Source of the DNA: a virus
Reading direction: 5' to 3' (one strand)
IMG/VR virus record: IMGVR_UViG_3300019757_000007
Coordinates: 10,567 to 74,566 of that record
DNA: 64,000 nt
Shown: one piece after another, positions 38,095 through 47,863 of the stretch
Numbering within the stretch: position 1 is the first letter of the stretch
Layout: each line of letters begins with the position of its first letter
Notes under the pieces: generated by a model
Database searches by the model: none
Told to the model about the DNA's origin: nothing
Seen by the model: only the letters and a program-made list of their open reading frames with translations
Program-made: the position numbers and the translations under genes

Positions 38095-38595
38095 CTGTTT
38101 AAATAATTCCTGATCAGTTAAAGCTTCTTTATAACTATCAGAACCATAATAAGAATCAACCTCAACTACTTCTATTGATATTTCCTCTTCGTCTTCATTT
38201 GCTTGTTTGTACTCTTCTATTAATTCTTGATCAATTATTGTATAAGTAGTAGTATCTCCAAACTCAATAGTAGTAACAGCATATAATGTTACTGGTTGAA
38301 CTTCTCTAAAATTATCTTCTTCTTTTAACCTATGGAAATATTCGATAGTACCTTTAAGAAGAGTTTCTTTATTTGGAATATTATAGGTACCAAATTCTTT
38401 TATAATAAGTTCTTCTGTAGCTAAAATACAATCCGTTAATTTACCATATTTATATTGGAACTTATCTTTTTTACCATTATTTGTAAAACCTAATCTTACT
38501 TCTACCTCATTTTCAGTACAAGCTGAAAGTTTACCTACAAATAAACCACCTTCGTTTTTTAAAATAACAATATCGTTTTTTTTCATTTTTATCAT
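38092..38595 (-). CDS. Hypothetical protein
   Basis: ORF with GGAG RBS; N-term loosely resembles 38962..39279. Confidence 0.65.
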   Translation of the reverse strand: MIKMKKNDIVILKNEGGLFVGKLSACTENEVEVRLGFTNNGKKDKFQYKYGKLTDCILATEELIIKEFGTYNIPNKETLLKGTIEYFHRLKEEDNFREVQPVTLYAVTTIEFGDTTTYTIIDQELIEEYKQANEDEEEISIEVVEVDSYYGSDSYKEALTDQELFKQ

Positions 38596-38965
38596 TTTTT
38601 TTCTCCTTTTTCATTTATAAAGCAACTTAATGCCCGACCTCTATATTCATTTATTCTTGTCATCATTGAAGATAAAGAATCAAAATTAATTTGATTTTCA
38701 TTATCAATATTATTAGTATCTGTTATAGCATAATGGTTTTCATTATAACAAGTTAAGAAAACAGAAGTTTCTACTAACCCAAAAATCCAACCATCTTCGT
38801 TACCATCATCTATCTCTATAAAATCAATTATATAATAATCATCCCCTTCCGTAATAATTTGCTCAGAATAAAGTTTTTTTAATTCTTCTGGAACAACTAA
38901 GTTTTTATTACCAAACCAATTTTCTAAATTTTCTAGGGTGTTTTTATTTCAACTGTTAACGTCAT
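38592..38965 (-). pseudogene. Frameshifted gene (~124 aa if repaired)
   Basis: ATGA overlaps at both ends; MTLTVEIK then stop. One extra A in the A5 run (38941-38945) joins it to a ~115-codon open frame (NTLENLENWFGNK...). Confidence 0.7.
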
Positions 38966-39279
38966 AATTTTTTTTCCTCATCTATTTTTTTTAGCAGAGC
39001 CTGATAATATTCAAGCATCATTTTTTCCATTTTTTCCGGTTCCTTTAATTTAAATTGACCTACTAAATCAATAAGTCTTTCTTCGCTAGCGACCTTAAAA
39101 CATTGATTCAGAGCAATTTTTCTAGCAGATATATCAGATGAATTAATTCCAATTTGAAGAATACTTTGTACTTCATTCTTCTCATATATTCTACCAAGGT
39201 AGAAACCTTCTGGTTGTAATAATATAGATATATCTCCAATATTAAGTAAATCTATTTCGTTTATTGTATTATTTATCAT
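38962..39279 (-). CDS. Hypothetical protein
   Basis: ORF coupled to neighbours. Confidence 0.65.
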   Translation of the reverse strand: MINNTINEIDLLNIGDISILLQPEGFYLGRIYEKNEVQSILQIGINSSDISARKIALNQCFKVASEERLIDLVGQFKLKEPEKMEKMMLEYYQALLKKIDEEKKL

Positions 39280-39734
39280 TAACTTTCCTTTATTAATTTT
39301 CTACCGATGTACTTAAACTTACCTTCCAATAAACCACAATTAATTTTTGTAGTTAATAGAAGTTCCTGTAACTGATTTAAATTTATTTTTACTTCAAAAT
39401 GGTATGGATGTAAAAAGAATATTTGAGTACTATAAGTACCTTTAGATAATCTGAGAAATCTCCAACCCTCTAAAAACTTCTCTTCAAAAACTATTACCTC
39501 ATCTCTTGCTGGATAAATAGCTTGTCGAGTATTATAAAAATCGCTTAATTTTGGAGGTATTTCGCCTTTCACTACTTTACCAATTACAGCTGTTTTTATA
39601 TTAGAACCGGTTGCCAATTTAGCTCTTAATAAAAATTGATTACCTTTTAATTTTGGTAGATCATCTATTTTATAAGTATCTAATAACGATAACATACCTA
39701 ACTTATCTGCTTGAATTAAATCATTACGAAACAT
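39279..39734 (-). CDS. Hypothetical protein, paralog of 39724..40218
   Basis: Shared LGMxSLLDT, QFLL, YPA, GWxF, HPY, L(E/Q)GKFK. Confidence 0.75.
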   Translation of the reverse strand: MFRNDLIQADKLGMLSLLDTYKIDDLPKLKGNQFLLRAKLATGSNIKTAVIGKVVKGEIPPKLSDFYNTRQAIYPARDEVIVFEEKFLEGWRFLRLSKGTYSTQIFFLHPYHFEVKINLNQLQELLLTTKINCGLLEGKFKYIGRKLIKES

Positions 39735-40218
39735 CTTTATTTCCTTCCGGTTCTCTTAATAAAGTTTTATTAGTATGTTTAAATTTACCTTGAAGAATCC
39801 CATTCTTAATTTGAATATTTTCCATTAATTCAGCAAAATTAGTATCTGAAATTTCAATATCAAAACCATAAGGATGTTGGATAATTACCCAAGTTCTACT
39901 ACTTCCATATCTAAAACTTTTAAATTTCCAACCCGCAAAAAAATCTTCTTTATAAATTACCACTTCCTCTTTATTAGCTGGATAAGTAAGATCATTATTA
40001 TATCTACGAAAATCTAAAAACTTTTTAGGTATTGTCCCATTTTTATTTAATCTTGTAATAATAACTTCTTTTCTACTATGTTGTGGTCTAGCACGATTTT
40101 CCAAATAATACAACTTTAATAAAAATTGATCTTCTTCTAAATCAGTTACCTCCGATAATTTTATGGTATCTAATAAAGATACCATACCTAATACTTGAGC
40201 ACTTATTTGGGTTACCAT
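39724..40218 (-). CDS. Hypothetical protein, paralog of 39279..39734
   Basis: Same shared motifs. Confidence 0.75.
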   Translation of the reverse strand: MVTQISAQVLGMVSLLDTIKLSEVTDLEEDQFLLKLYYLENRARPQHSRKEVIITRLNKNGTIPKKFLDFRRYNNDLTYPANKEEVVIYKEDFFAGWKFKSFRYGSSRTWVIIQHPYGFDIEISDTNFAELMENIQIKNGILQGKFKHTNKTLLREPEGNKDVS

Positions 40219-40269
40219 ATTTTTTCCTTTTCTAATTAAATAAAAATTAAGAGACTAAGCCTCTTAATT

Positions 40270-41097
40270 TTAAACATGCACTTTTAATTGATCACATAAA
40301 GCTTTTGCTTGAGATACAAACATAGACTCTTTATACTTCCCATTTTCAACTTGATGCACTAAGAACTCTAAGAACTCTATATACTTATTAAGGGTACCTT
40401 TTTTTATAAAGTATTCTTTACTTCCAAATAAGTTAAACCACTTATCGACCATTTTACAATACCAGAAATCTTCATTAAATGTATCGATATTATCTTTCAT
40501 GAATTGGAATTCATCCATAGAACTCATTCCTTCTTCGATAGTACAATGACCAATTAATGAAGTTACTCTGTCTGTAATATATCTATTTTTAAATAGTTGT
40601 TCTAACTTAGCTTGGATCTGCTCTAGCGTAACGCTAGTATCTTCAATAACATCATGGCCAAGTAAAGCTACTGCAAGAACAACTCTATTGATAAAGGATA
40701 ATTCATCTGAGTTATTATCTTCCATTACCATAAAGGCGCAAGCGATTGGATGACAATAATATGGAGTTCTCCCATCATGTCCTCTAACTGCATTTCTTGG
40801 ACTTAACGATTTCTTCATATGGGCTTCAGATATGAATCCAGCAAAGTTTGCTAATTTATTTTGAAGATCATCAATTACAATTTCCCCTTCAATTAAATGA
40901 AATAGATCTAATTCTCTTACTTGAGCGTCTGGGTAATTGCAAATAAAATCATTGATATTTACATTATGTTCTTGTACTGTTTTAAGTACCTTGATTAAAC
41001 CACCAGCTGCAATAATTGCTTTTTCATTTTTAGCTTTATTCAGTACATTTAAATTACTATTTTTTATTATATTTTCTATAATTTTATTGTCGAACAT
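40270..41097 (-). CDS. RelA/SpoT-type HD hydrolase (small alarmone hydrolase / Mesh1-like)
   Basis: AH...R...TPYYCHP, ALLGHDVIEDT, KMVDK..N. Confidence 0.82.
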   Translation of the reverse strand: MFDNKIIENIIKNSNLNVLNKAKNEKAIIAAGGLIKVLKTVQEHNVNINDFICNYPDAQVRELDLFHLIEGEIVIDDLQNKLANFAGFISEAHMKKSLSPRNAVRGHDGRTPYYCHPIACAFMVMEDNNSDELSFINRVVLAVALLGHDVIEDTSVTLEQIQAKLEQLFKNRYITDRVTSLIGHCTIEEGMSSMDEFQFMKDNIDTFNEDFWYCKMVDKWFNLFGSKEYFIKKGTLNKYIEFLEFLVHQVENGKYKESMFVSQAKALCDQLKVHV

Positions 41098-41127
41098 TTT
41101 CTTTCTCCGTTTTTAATTTAAAGTTTT

Positions 41128-41148
41128 TAAAGGGATCGAAATCCCTTA
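41128..41148 (-). terminator. Terminator-like hairpin
   Basis: AAGGGAT-TTCG-ATCCCTT. Confidence 0.55.
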
Positions 41149-41161
41149 AGTTGTTTAATGC

Positions 41162-41782
41162 TTACGCATCAACCTCAGTTGGTAATAATAACTCATCTAA
41201 GTTTCTACCACCTTTTGTCATATAACCAGCTAATTCTTCTTTTGGAACTAATTGTTTAGCCATAATAAATTCAGCTAATTCTTCAGGAACTGAAGAAGCC
41301 ATAGAAGATTTTAATACATGAGCTAAACCTTTACCTCTAGCAACCTCACCAAGAAGTACTAAATTGTATCCCATTACTTCAACATTAAAACCTTCCGCTG
41401 TATGTAGGTTTCTTTGTATCTTTTCCATCTTTTCCATAGATACTTCAACTGCATATAAATGAGACGTTAATGTATTATTTGGTCCAGTAGGAAAGTTATG
41501 TGTACAAATCTCTTCTAATTTTTTAGGCTTAATTTTATAAGCTACTTCTTCCATAGCTTCTCTAATAACAGCTTGCGCTGCATTTTCACCTGCATCAACT
41601 TTACCACCAATAAAACCTAATCTACCATCTGATCTATTTACCATAAGAACTGCATTGTAAACTTTATCTCTTTGATCAGCTGGAACCGATTCTTTATTTT
41701 CCCAAGGCTTAATACCTTTTACATATACTGCTACAAATGACGCGTTCGCCGATCCTACTGTTCCTGTTACTAATTTTTTCAT
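41162..41782 (-). CDS. Nudix hydrolase, NUDT16-like
   Basis: Nudix box GGKVDAGENAAQAVIREAMEE; RSDGRLGFIGG, SHLYA and EVMG recall NUDT16 (RFDGRLGFPGG, AHFYA, EVLG). Confidence 0.85.
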   Translation of the reverse strand: MKKLVTGTVGSANASFVAVYVKGIKPWENKESVPADQRDKVYNAVLMVNRSDGRLGFIGGKVDAGENAAQAVIREAMEEVAYKIKPKKLEEICTHNFPTGPNNTLTSHLYAVEVSMEKMEKIQRNLHTAEGFNVEVMGYNLVLLGEVARGKGLAHVLKSSMASSVPEELAEFIMAKQLVPKEELAGYMTKGGRNLDELLLPTEVDA

Positions 41783-41846
41783 TTTCTTTCTCCGTTTTTA
41801 ATTTAATTTAGAATAAAATTAATATAACTTTTCAATTATATCATCC

Positions 41847-41892
41847 TATCTGATTATAATATATCTATACTCTGTTGAACTTATTTTAAAGT
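41847..41892 (-). promoter_or_regulatory. Conserved phage promoter, copy 4, at the strand switch
   Basis: ACTTTAAAATAA-N9-AGTATAGATATATTATAATCAGATA. Confidence 0.75.
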
Positions 41893-41952
41893 AATTTTTA
41901 GGACCTTTTTATTAGTAAGGAACCAAACTCTATAAATAAAAAAGGAAATTCA

Positions 41953-42657
41953 ATGGGTAGGAAGAAAAAGAATATAATTGATGTTATTACAGACTTTAAT
42001 AAAAAACATGGAAATTTTTATGATTATTCTTTAATAGATTATAAGAATAGTAATAGTAAATTAAATATACTATGTCCAATACATGGATCTTTTTGGCAAA
42101 CTTCTAATAATCATAGTCAGGGCCAAGGATGTCCTAAATGCCGTTCAAATAATAAAAAAACTTTAGCAGAAACCATTAACGATTTTAAAAAAGTTCATGG
42201 TAATAGATACGATTATTCTAAGGTTAATTATATAAATACTACTAAAAAAGTTGAGGTTATATGTAAAATAAAAAACCATAAATCATTTTTAGTTACTCCG
42301 AATAATCATAAAAAAGGAAGTGGGTGTCCATTATGTAATAATAGTAAAGGAGAAACTTTAATTTTAACTTTTCTAGAAGATAATAATATTCTATTTAAAA
42401 AGGAATATACTTTTTCTAATCTTCCAAGAAAAAGATTTGACTTCTTTCTAGAAGAATTAAATTTATGTATAGAATTTGATGGAAAACAACATTTTGAACC
42501 GATAGAACATTTTGGTGGAAAAGAAACATTTAATTGGCTTAAAAGATCGGACAATCTTAAGAACCAATTTTGTAAAGATAATAATATTAAATTATTACGA
42601 ATATCTTATTTAGAAATAAATAAAATTAAAGAAATATTAAAAGGAAATATATGTTAG
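41953..42657 (+). CDS. Putative free-standing homing endonuclease (Zn-finger repeats + Vsr/DUF559-like nuclease)
   Basis: CPIHG...H...GCPKC repeats; RFDFF...IEFDGKQH; overlaps the RNAP beta start. Confidence 0.75.
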   Translation: MGRKKKNIIDVITDFNKKHGNFYDYSLIDYKNSNSKLNILCPIHGSFWQTSNNHSQGQGCPKCRSNNKKTLAETINDFKKVHGNRYDYSKVNYINTTKKVEVICKIKNHKSFLVTPNNHKKGSGCPLCNNSKGETLILTFLEDNNILFKKEYTFSNLPRKRFDFFLEELNLCIEFDGKQHFEPIEHFGGKETFNWLKRSDNLKNQFCKDNNIKLLRISYLEINKIKEILKGNIC

Positions 42658-45600
42658 AACATGATAATAGAGATACAAAAATTAAAATAAATTTTCAAAA
42701 TAAAGTAAATGATACTTTAAGATTCTATGAGAAATTTGCTAAAGATGGGTTATTAATAGAATATGCTTATTTAGATAAGACTAAAAATATTACTTATCAT
42801 ACAGCATTAGGAGATGTTAAACATTTCCCAAAAGAAAGATTAAATACATTTTTAATTAATCTTTATAATAAAATAACAACAGATAAAATAGGGACATTAC
42901 CTAATCATAATCAGAAAACAAGAATTGATTTAAAAAATAAAACAAGTAATGTTTATTACTCATTAAGAATGTTTGGATTTGATAGTCCATTATTTATTAT
43001 GTTTATGGTAAATAAAGGGTTAATGGGAGCATTAACTTATTTTGGAATTAATAGTAACCTTACAAAGACTAAGGATAAAGGGGCTTTCTTAAGTGTTAAG
43101 ATTCATGATAAGAATGGAGATTTAGGATATTTAAATACTTATGCTAAAGATTTACATCACGAATATTTATTAAATGGATTAAGAAAAGAAGCTAATAAGA
43201 TATTCCCATTAAAGGAAGAAGATTTAACTAGTACAGAAGTACTTCAAAAATATTTCCAGAACTATTATAATGTTCAAAGATACCTAAATTATAAAGAAGC
43301 TCCGAATAGTTTTATTGATGTTACTACTAAAAAGATTCTAAAAACGTATGGATATGACACCGATTTCTTTAAGTTATATGGGGAGTTTATGCCACATAAA
43401 CTCATGAATGATAAAGTAGAAGATATTAATAATCTAAAAAATCAAAGAGTTCGTATGTCTGAAAGTATCGCGCATGCGGCTTATAAAGTACTACAACAAG
43501 GTATTATTCATATGAAGAATAATAAGAATCAATTTAATATTAAATTAGATATTGATAAGAACTTTATTACAAAAGAGCTTATGAGTTCTGGTATGTTGCA
43601 GTATACTCAAACTATTAATCCTTTAGAAGAATTAATTCTGAGTACTAAGATTACTAAATCGGGTATTGGTAATATGAAGAAAGAGCAAATTACTTTAGAA
43701 AGAAGAGATTTAAATCCATCTTATTTTGGGACAATTTCTCCTTCGACTACTAATGAGTACGGTAATATTGGTATGAATCAAACACTTAGTAATAGAAGTA
43801 TTATTAAAGATAGATTCGGAAGTATTCTTATTAAACCTTTTGATAATCATCAGAATCCTTTGGATGCTTTATCTGCTACTGATTCATTATCCCCATTCTT
43901 TGAATTTGATGATACTACTAGACGTATTATGGGTAATCAACAGTTTGCTCAGTTTGCTCAAATAGATAGACCGGATGAACCATTAATTCAAACTGGTATG
44001 GAAGGGATTATTCCTTACTTAGTATCAGATAGATTTGCTATTAAAGCTAAAGATGATGGTAAAGTAACTGGTGTTGGAGAAGAACTTAAATTAACTTATA
44101 AAGATGGTACTAAAGATCAATACTCTGTTAAAGATAAAAAATCTAGAACAAAGCGTGGTATTTTTATGCCTATTAAATATTCGGTACTTGTAAAAACGGG
44201 AGAGAAAGTTAAGAAAGGTCAATTACTGGCTGCTACTAGTTCTCTAAAAAGTGGAAAATTAGCAGTAGGTAAAAATCTAAATGTAGCCTTAATGGGGTAC
44301 AGAGGAATGAATTATGAAGATGGTTGGGTAGCAGCTGAAACTATTGGAGCTAAATATACTAATACTCTTTATAATAAAATTACTATTCCTATAGATACTG
44401 GAGCTAAAATTTTAAAATTTAATATAGCTGATGGTACGGATACTAAACCTGGAGAAGTTCTAGTTGAATATAGAAGTGGAAATGTCAACTTAGAAGATAT
44501 TGTTAATAATGAAATCCAAATAGAAAATGGAGATGATGATCTTTTAGTTGGTAGAGAAGTATCTGGTGGAACTATTAAACATAGAAGTCCAGGTGGGAAA
44601 ATTAAAGATATTAAAATTCTTTTAAATGGTACACAGATAGATAATAATGTTCTTCAGGCTTGGAAAACATTAACTAAAGATATTAAAAATAAATTAAAAG
44701 TTTGTGACGATATTTTAGATCCAGTAAAAAAATTAGATTGTCAAAATAGTATTGAAAATATTGAGTCTTTAAAAGTAGGTTCTCATAAAGTAAATAATAA
44801 TGAATTTGATGGTTATATTATTGAGCTATTTATAGAAAAAGAAAATCCAGTTGGAAATGGTAGTAAGTTTGCCTTACTTGGAGGTTCTGGAGGTAAAGGA
44901 ACTATTCAATATCAAATTCCAGAAGGAAAAGAACCAGTATCTGTAGATACAGGTTTAAAGATTGAATTTATCCCAACACCCGCATCTAATATTTCAAGAA
45001 AGAATATGTCTGTTGTTTTAAGTCTTTTTGTAGGTAAAATTGTTTACTTCCTTAATAAGAAAGCACAAGAGTTAATATTTGCTGGAAAGATACATCAAGC
45101 CGAACAACTATTATTGAAAACATATAGTTATTTAGATAGGACTAAAGAAAGCAATATCCTAGAAGATCTTAAATTATTTTTCGATCAAAGTACTAAAGAT
45201 ATTATTACTTATGTGCGAAAATGTAATCCTAGAAGTAAACCAGCATTTCCATTGTTAGTTACTCCATTTAAGAATAAAATTACTATGCCTGATATAGAAA
45301 AAGCAGCAGCTGTAATTAATATTCCATTAAATGAAAAGGTCAGAATTCCAGAAGAAGATAATATTATTACTGAGTATTCAGTACCTGTAGGTATATTCCC
45401 AGTAGTTTACTTAGAACATTTCCCTAAAGAGATGTCGGGAATAAGAGCAAATATTAAAGCTAAAAAACAATTTACAACTGGACAAGGTAGATCAGGAACT
45501 AAGGATGGTGATGGAGCTATTAAGTTAGGAGTATATGATTTATTTGCGGTTGCTAGTAAAAAAGCTTCTTCTGTTATTACTGAATTACATATGATGAAAT

Positions 45601-45776
45601 CGGATAATGAGGTAGGTAGTAAAAAACTTAGAAATAAGATACTTAAAGATGGTCTAATTGTGGATCAAGATGATATTGAGATTACTCAAGAACTTAAAGA
45701 TAATGCAAAAACTAAGAAGTTAGTAGATACTTACTTCAGAGGAGCATTACTAGATCCGAATTTATCAGGAGCATAA
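42651..45776 (+). CDS. rpoB: RNA polymerase beta (set B, likely virion), lacking the extreme N-terminal region
   Basis: NLKNQRVR, NPSYFGTISP, PFFEFDDTTRRIMGNQ, GMNYEDG, GSKF...GKG, YLEH, GAIKLGVYD. Confidence 0.95.
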   Translation: MLEHDNRDTKIKINFQNKVNDTLRFYEKFAKDGLLIEYAYLDKTKNITYHTALGDVKHFPKERLNTFLINLYNKITTDKIGTLPNHNQKTRIDLKNKTSNVYYSLRMFGFDSPLFIMFMVNKGLMGALTYFGINSNLTKTKDKGAFLSVKIHDKNGDLGYLNTYAKDLHHEYLLNGLRKEANKIFPLKEEDLTSTEVLQKYFQNYYNVQRYLNYKEAPNSFIDVTTKKILKTYGYDTDFFKLYGEFMPHKLMNDKVEDINNLKNQRVRMSESIAHAAYKVLQQGIIHMKNNKNQFNIKLDIDKNFITKELMSSGMLQYTQTINPLEELILSTKITKSGIGNMKKEQITLERRDLNPSYFGTISPSTTNEYGNIGMNQTLSNRSIIKDRFGSILIKPFDNHQNPLDALSATDSLSPFFEFDDTTRRIMGNQQFAQFAQIDRPDEPLIQTGMEGIIPYLVSDRFAIKAKDDGKVTGVGEELKLTYKDGTKDQYSVKDKKSRTKRGIFMPIKYSVLVKTGEKVKKGQLLAATSSLKSGKLAVGKNLNVALMGYRGMNYEDGWVAAETIGAKYTNTLYNKITIPIDTGAKILKFNIADGTDTKPGEVLVEYRSGNVNLEDIVNNEIQIENGDDDLLVGREVSGGTIKHRSPGGKIKDIKILLNGTQIDNNVLQAWKTLTKDIKNKLKVCDDILDPVKKLDCQNSIENIESLKVGSHKVNNNEFDGYIIELFIEKENPVGNGSKFALLGGSGGKGTIQYQIPEGKEPVSVDTGLKIEFIPTPASNISRKNMSVVLSLFVGKIVYFLNKKAQELIFAGKIHQAEQLLLKTYSYLDRTKESNILEDLKLFFDQSTKDIITYVRKCNPRSKPAFPLLVTPFKNKITMPDIEKAAAVINIPLNEKVRIPEEDNIITEYSVPVGIFPVVYLEHFPKEMSGIRANIKAKKQFTTGQGRSGTKDGDGAIKLGVYDLFAVASKKASSVITELHMMKSDNEVGSKKLRNKILKDGLIVDQDDIEITQELKDNAKTKKLVDTYFRGALLDPNLSGA

Positions 45777-45777
45777 A

Positions 45778-46056
45778 ATGACGGTTACTTTAGAAGTAAA
45801 TAAAGAATTAATAACAGAATCTATGTTTGGTGGAGCAGGTAAAAGATTAATTCAAAATCAATTAGATAGAAAAGTACGGGATAGAATGAAACATCATGAA
45901 ACTATGGCCGATATGAGAAAAACGGCAGATCGAGTAAACGCTCGATCTAAAGAAACTATTAAAGATGAAGTTAATAAGGTAGAGATATCTGATAAATCTT
46001 CTTCTTATGGTCCAAGACCAAAAACAAAGCCTAATCCATATGATAAATATTTATAA
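45778..46056 (+). CDS. Small protein, candidate internal head protein
   Basis: N-term ...ELITE/S. Confidence 0.6.
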   Translation: MTVTLEVNKELITESMFGGAGKRLIQNQLDRKVRDRMKHHETMADMRKTADRVNARSKETIKDEVNKVEISDKSSSYGPRPKTKPNPYDKYL

Positions 46057-46067
46057 AGGAAATTGAT

Positions 46068-46229
46068 ATGTTAACTAAAAGCACTAGTCAAGTACTAGTA
46101 AATAAAGCCAGAGGTTCTGGAGATAAATTATCTCCTGATATGAAGAAAATAGAAGAAAGCGCTAAACCAGTTAAGATTAACGATAAAATGGTTATAGATT
46201 TATACGGAAATAAACAGAATAAAAAGTAA
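46068..46229 (+). CDS. Small basic protein (53 aa, below track cutoff)
   Basis: MLTKSTSQVLVNKARGSG...KIEESAK...; AAGGA RBS. Confidence 0.55.
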   Translation: MLTKSTSQVLVNKARGSGDKLSPDMKKIEESAKPVKINDKMVIDLYGNKQNKK

Positions 46230-46254
46230 ATAGCTGGTCAGCTATACTAAGCTA

Positions 46255-46275
46255 TAGCTGGCTATAGTGAGCTAG
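46255..46275 (+). repeat. 21-bp element, copy 6 (plus orientation)
   Basis: Exact copy; orientation flips with the coding strand. Confidence 0.85.
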
Positions 46276-46315
46276 CTATTAGCAAAATAAAAAAAATAAC
46301 AAGGAAAAAATTAAA

Positions 46316-47863
46316 ATGTGGATATATAAAAATAAAGTAATAACAGAAATACCACCAGAGGCAATATCTTTTACATATAAAATAACTAGATTAAATATAG
46401 AGGATGATAATACAAGCCCAATTTATTATATAGGAAAAAAGAATTTTTATAGAAAATCAAGAAAAAAAATATTAGAATCGGATTGGATGGAGTATTATGG
46501 TTCTTCTGAATGGTTAAAGGAACATGTTAAAAAATATGGTTCTGATAATTTTGAAAGAGAAATATTAGAAATATGTTTTTCTAAATCCGAGGCTACTTAT
46601 AAAGAGGTTAAACTATTAATAGAGAACGAGGTTCTTGAAGTAGATCATACTAATAAAATGAAAAAATTATATTATAATCTAAGTATTCTTGGAAGATATT
46701 CTACGAATAAATTTTTTACCAAATCAGATTTAGAAAAATTAAGTTATTATAAAAAACAACCGGATAAATATATAGATAGATTTGCTGTAAATAATGGAGT
46801 ATCTACTAGATTTTTAAACTCGGAACTTTACGATATAGAGGAATTTTTATTGGAGAACCCAGAATGGACTTTAGGTACTGGAATAACACAAAAATATAAA
46901 GATATGATTTGTTGTACTGATGGTATAGAAAATATATATATAGAAAAATATAATATTGATACTTTTCTTGAAGAAAATAAATTATTTTATAAAGGTAGTA
47001 AATTTAAAGGAAAATATAAAAGAATTAATAATGGAATCGAAGAAAGAAGAATTCCTATCAATGATGTTTTACCGGAAGGATTTGTACTAGGTGGAATAGT
47101 CAATATTGATTATAATAATAAAATAAGATTAATTCATTATAAAAAATACACAACTATAACCATACCTGACTACCATAAGGATTCTTATTTAGAAGATGGT
47201 TGGGAAATATGTCCAGATGATTTTAATATTTCTACTTTCTCTAGATGGATAAATAAGGATTCTATAAATAAAAAAATAAAATTATCGGAAATTAATTCCT
47301 ATCTAACAGATGGTTGGGAATTAGGAAGATATAATAATTATAATAAAAATAAGGTATCTATAGTTAAGGATGAGGAAATTAAATATATATCTATAGATGA
47401 TATCGAATCGTATATAAAAGATGGGTGGATTCTAGGTGGGAAAAAAATTGGTTCTTTAAAAGAGAGAAATTTAGTATTAGTTAGTGATAATAAAAATAAT
47501 AAAAAAACTATCCCTATTAATAATCTAAAAGATTTTTTATCAAAAAATCCAGAATGGAAAGAAGGATTTACCCCAAAACATAAATTTAATACAAAAAATC
47601 AAGTATTTGTATATGATATTACTAAAGATAATTTACCTCTTATAGTTACTCCAGAAGAATATAAAAATAATAAAAATTTAGTTCTTAGAAACACGGTACA
47701 ATTACAAAAGAAAAAAGGGTTAACTAAAACAGAAATAAATAGAATAAATAAATATTATCTTGAGGTATATCCAAAAAGAAGAAAAATCCCAACTTATAAA
47801 TATCATAATTCAACCGTAGATAAAATATTAAAAGATATTGAGGAGTATAGATATGGTAAATAG
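46316..47863 (+). CDS. GIY-YIG (Seg-like) endonuclease with repeated C-terminal modules
   Basis: FTYKIT...YYIGKK, YYGSS, FEREIL, E...YYN; repeats NNG...GW(E/I)LG and PEW.xG. Confidence 0.75.
   Translation: MWIYKNKVITEIPPEAISFTYKITRLNIEDDNTSPIYYIGKKNFYRKSRKKILESDWMEYYGSSEWLKEHVKKYGSDNFEREILEICFSKSEATYKEVKLLIENEVLEVDHTNKMKKLYYNLSILGRYSTNKFFTKSDLEKLSYYKKQPDKYIDRFAVNNGVSTRFLNSELYDIEEFLLENPEWTLGTGITQKYKDMICCTDGIENIYIEKYNIDTFLEENKLFYKGSKFKGKYKRINNGIEERRIPINDVLPEGFVLGGIVNIDYNNKIRLIHYKKYTTITIPDYHKDSYLEDGWEICPDDFNISTFSRWINKDSINKKIKLSEINSYLTDGWELGRYNNYNKNKVSIVKDEEIKYISIDDIESYIKDGWILGGKKIGSLKERNLVLVSDNKNNKKTIPINNLKDFLSKNPEWKEGFTPKHKFNTKNQVFVYDITKDNLPLIVTPEEYKNNKNLVLRNTVQLQKKKGLTKTEINRINKYYLEVYPKRRKIPTYKYHNSTVDKILKDIEEYRYGK

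Noticed and set aside
21652-46275. 21-bp repeats as a CRISPR array
   Set aside because: Dispersed over 25 kb, no regular spacers, no cas genes.
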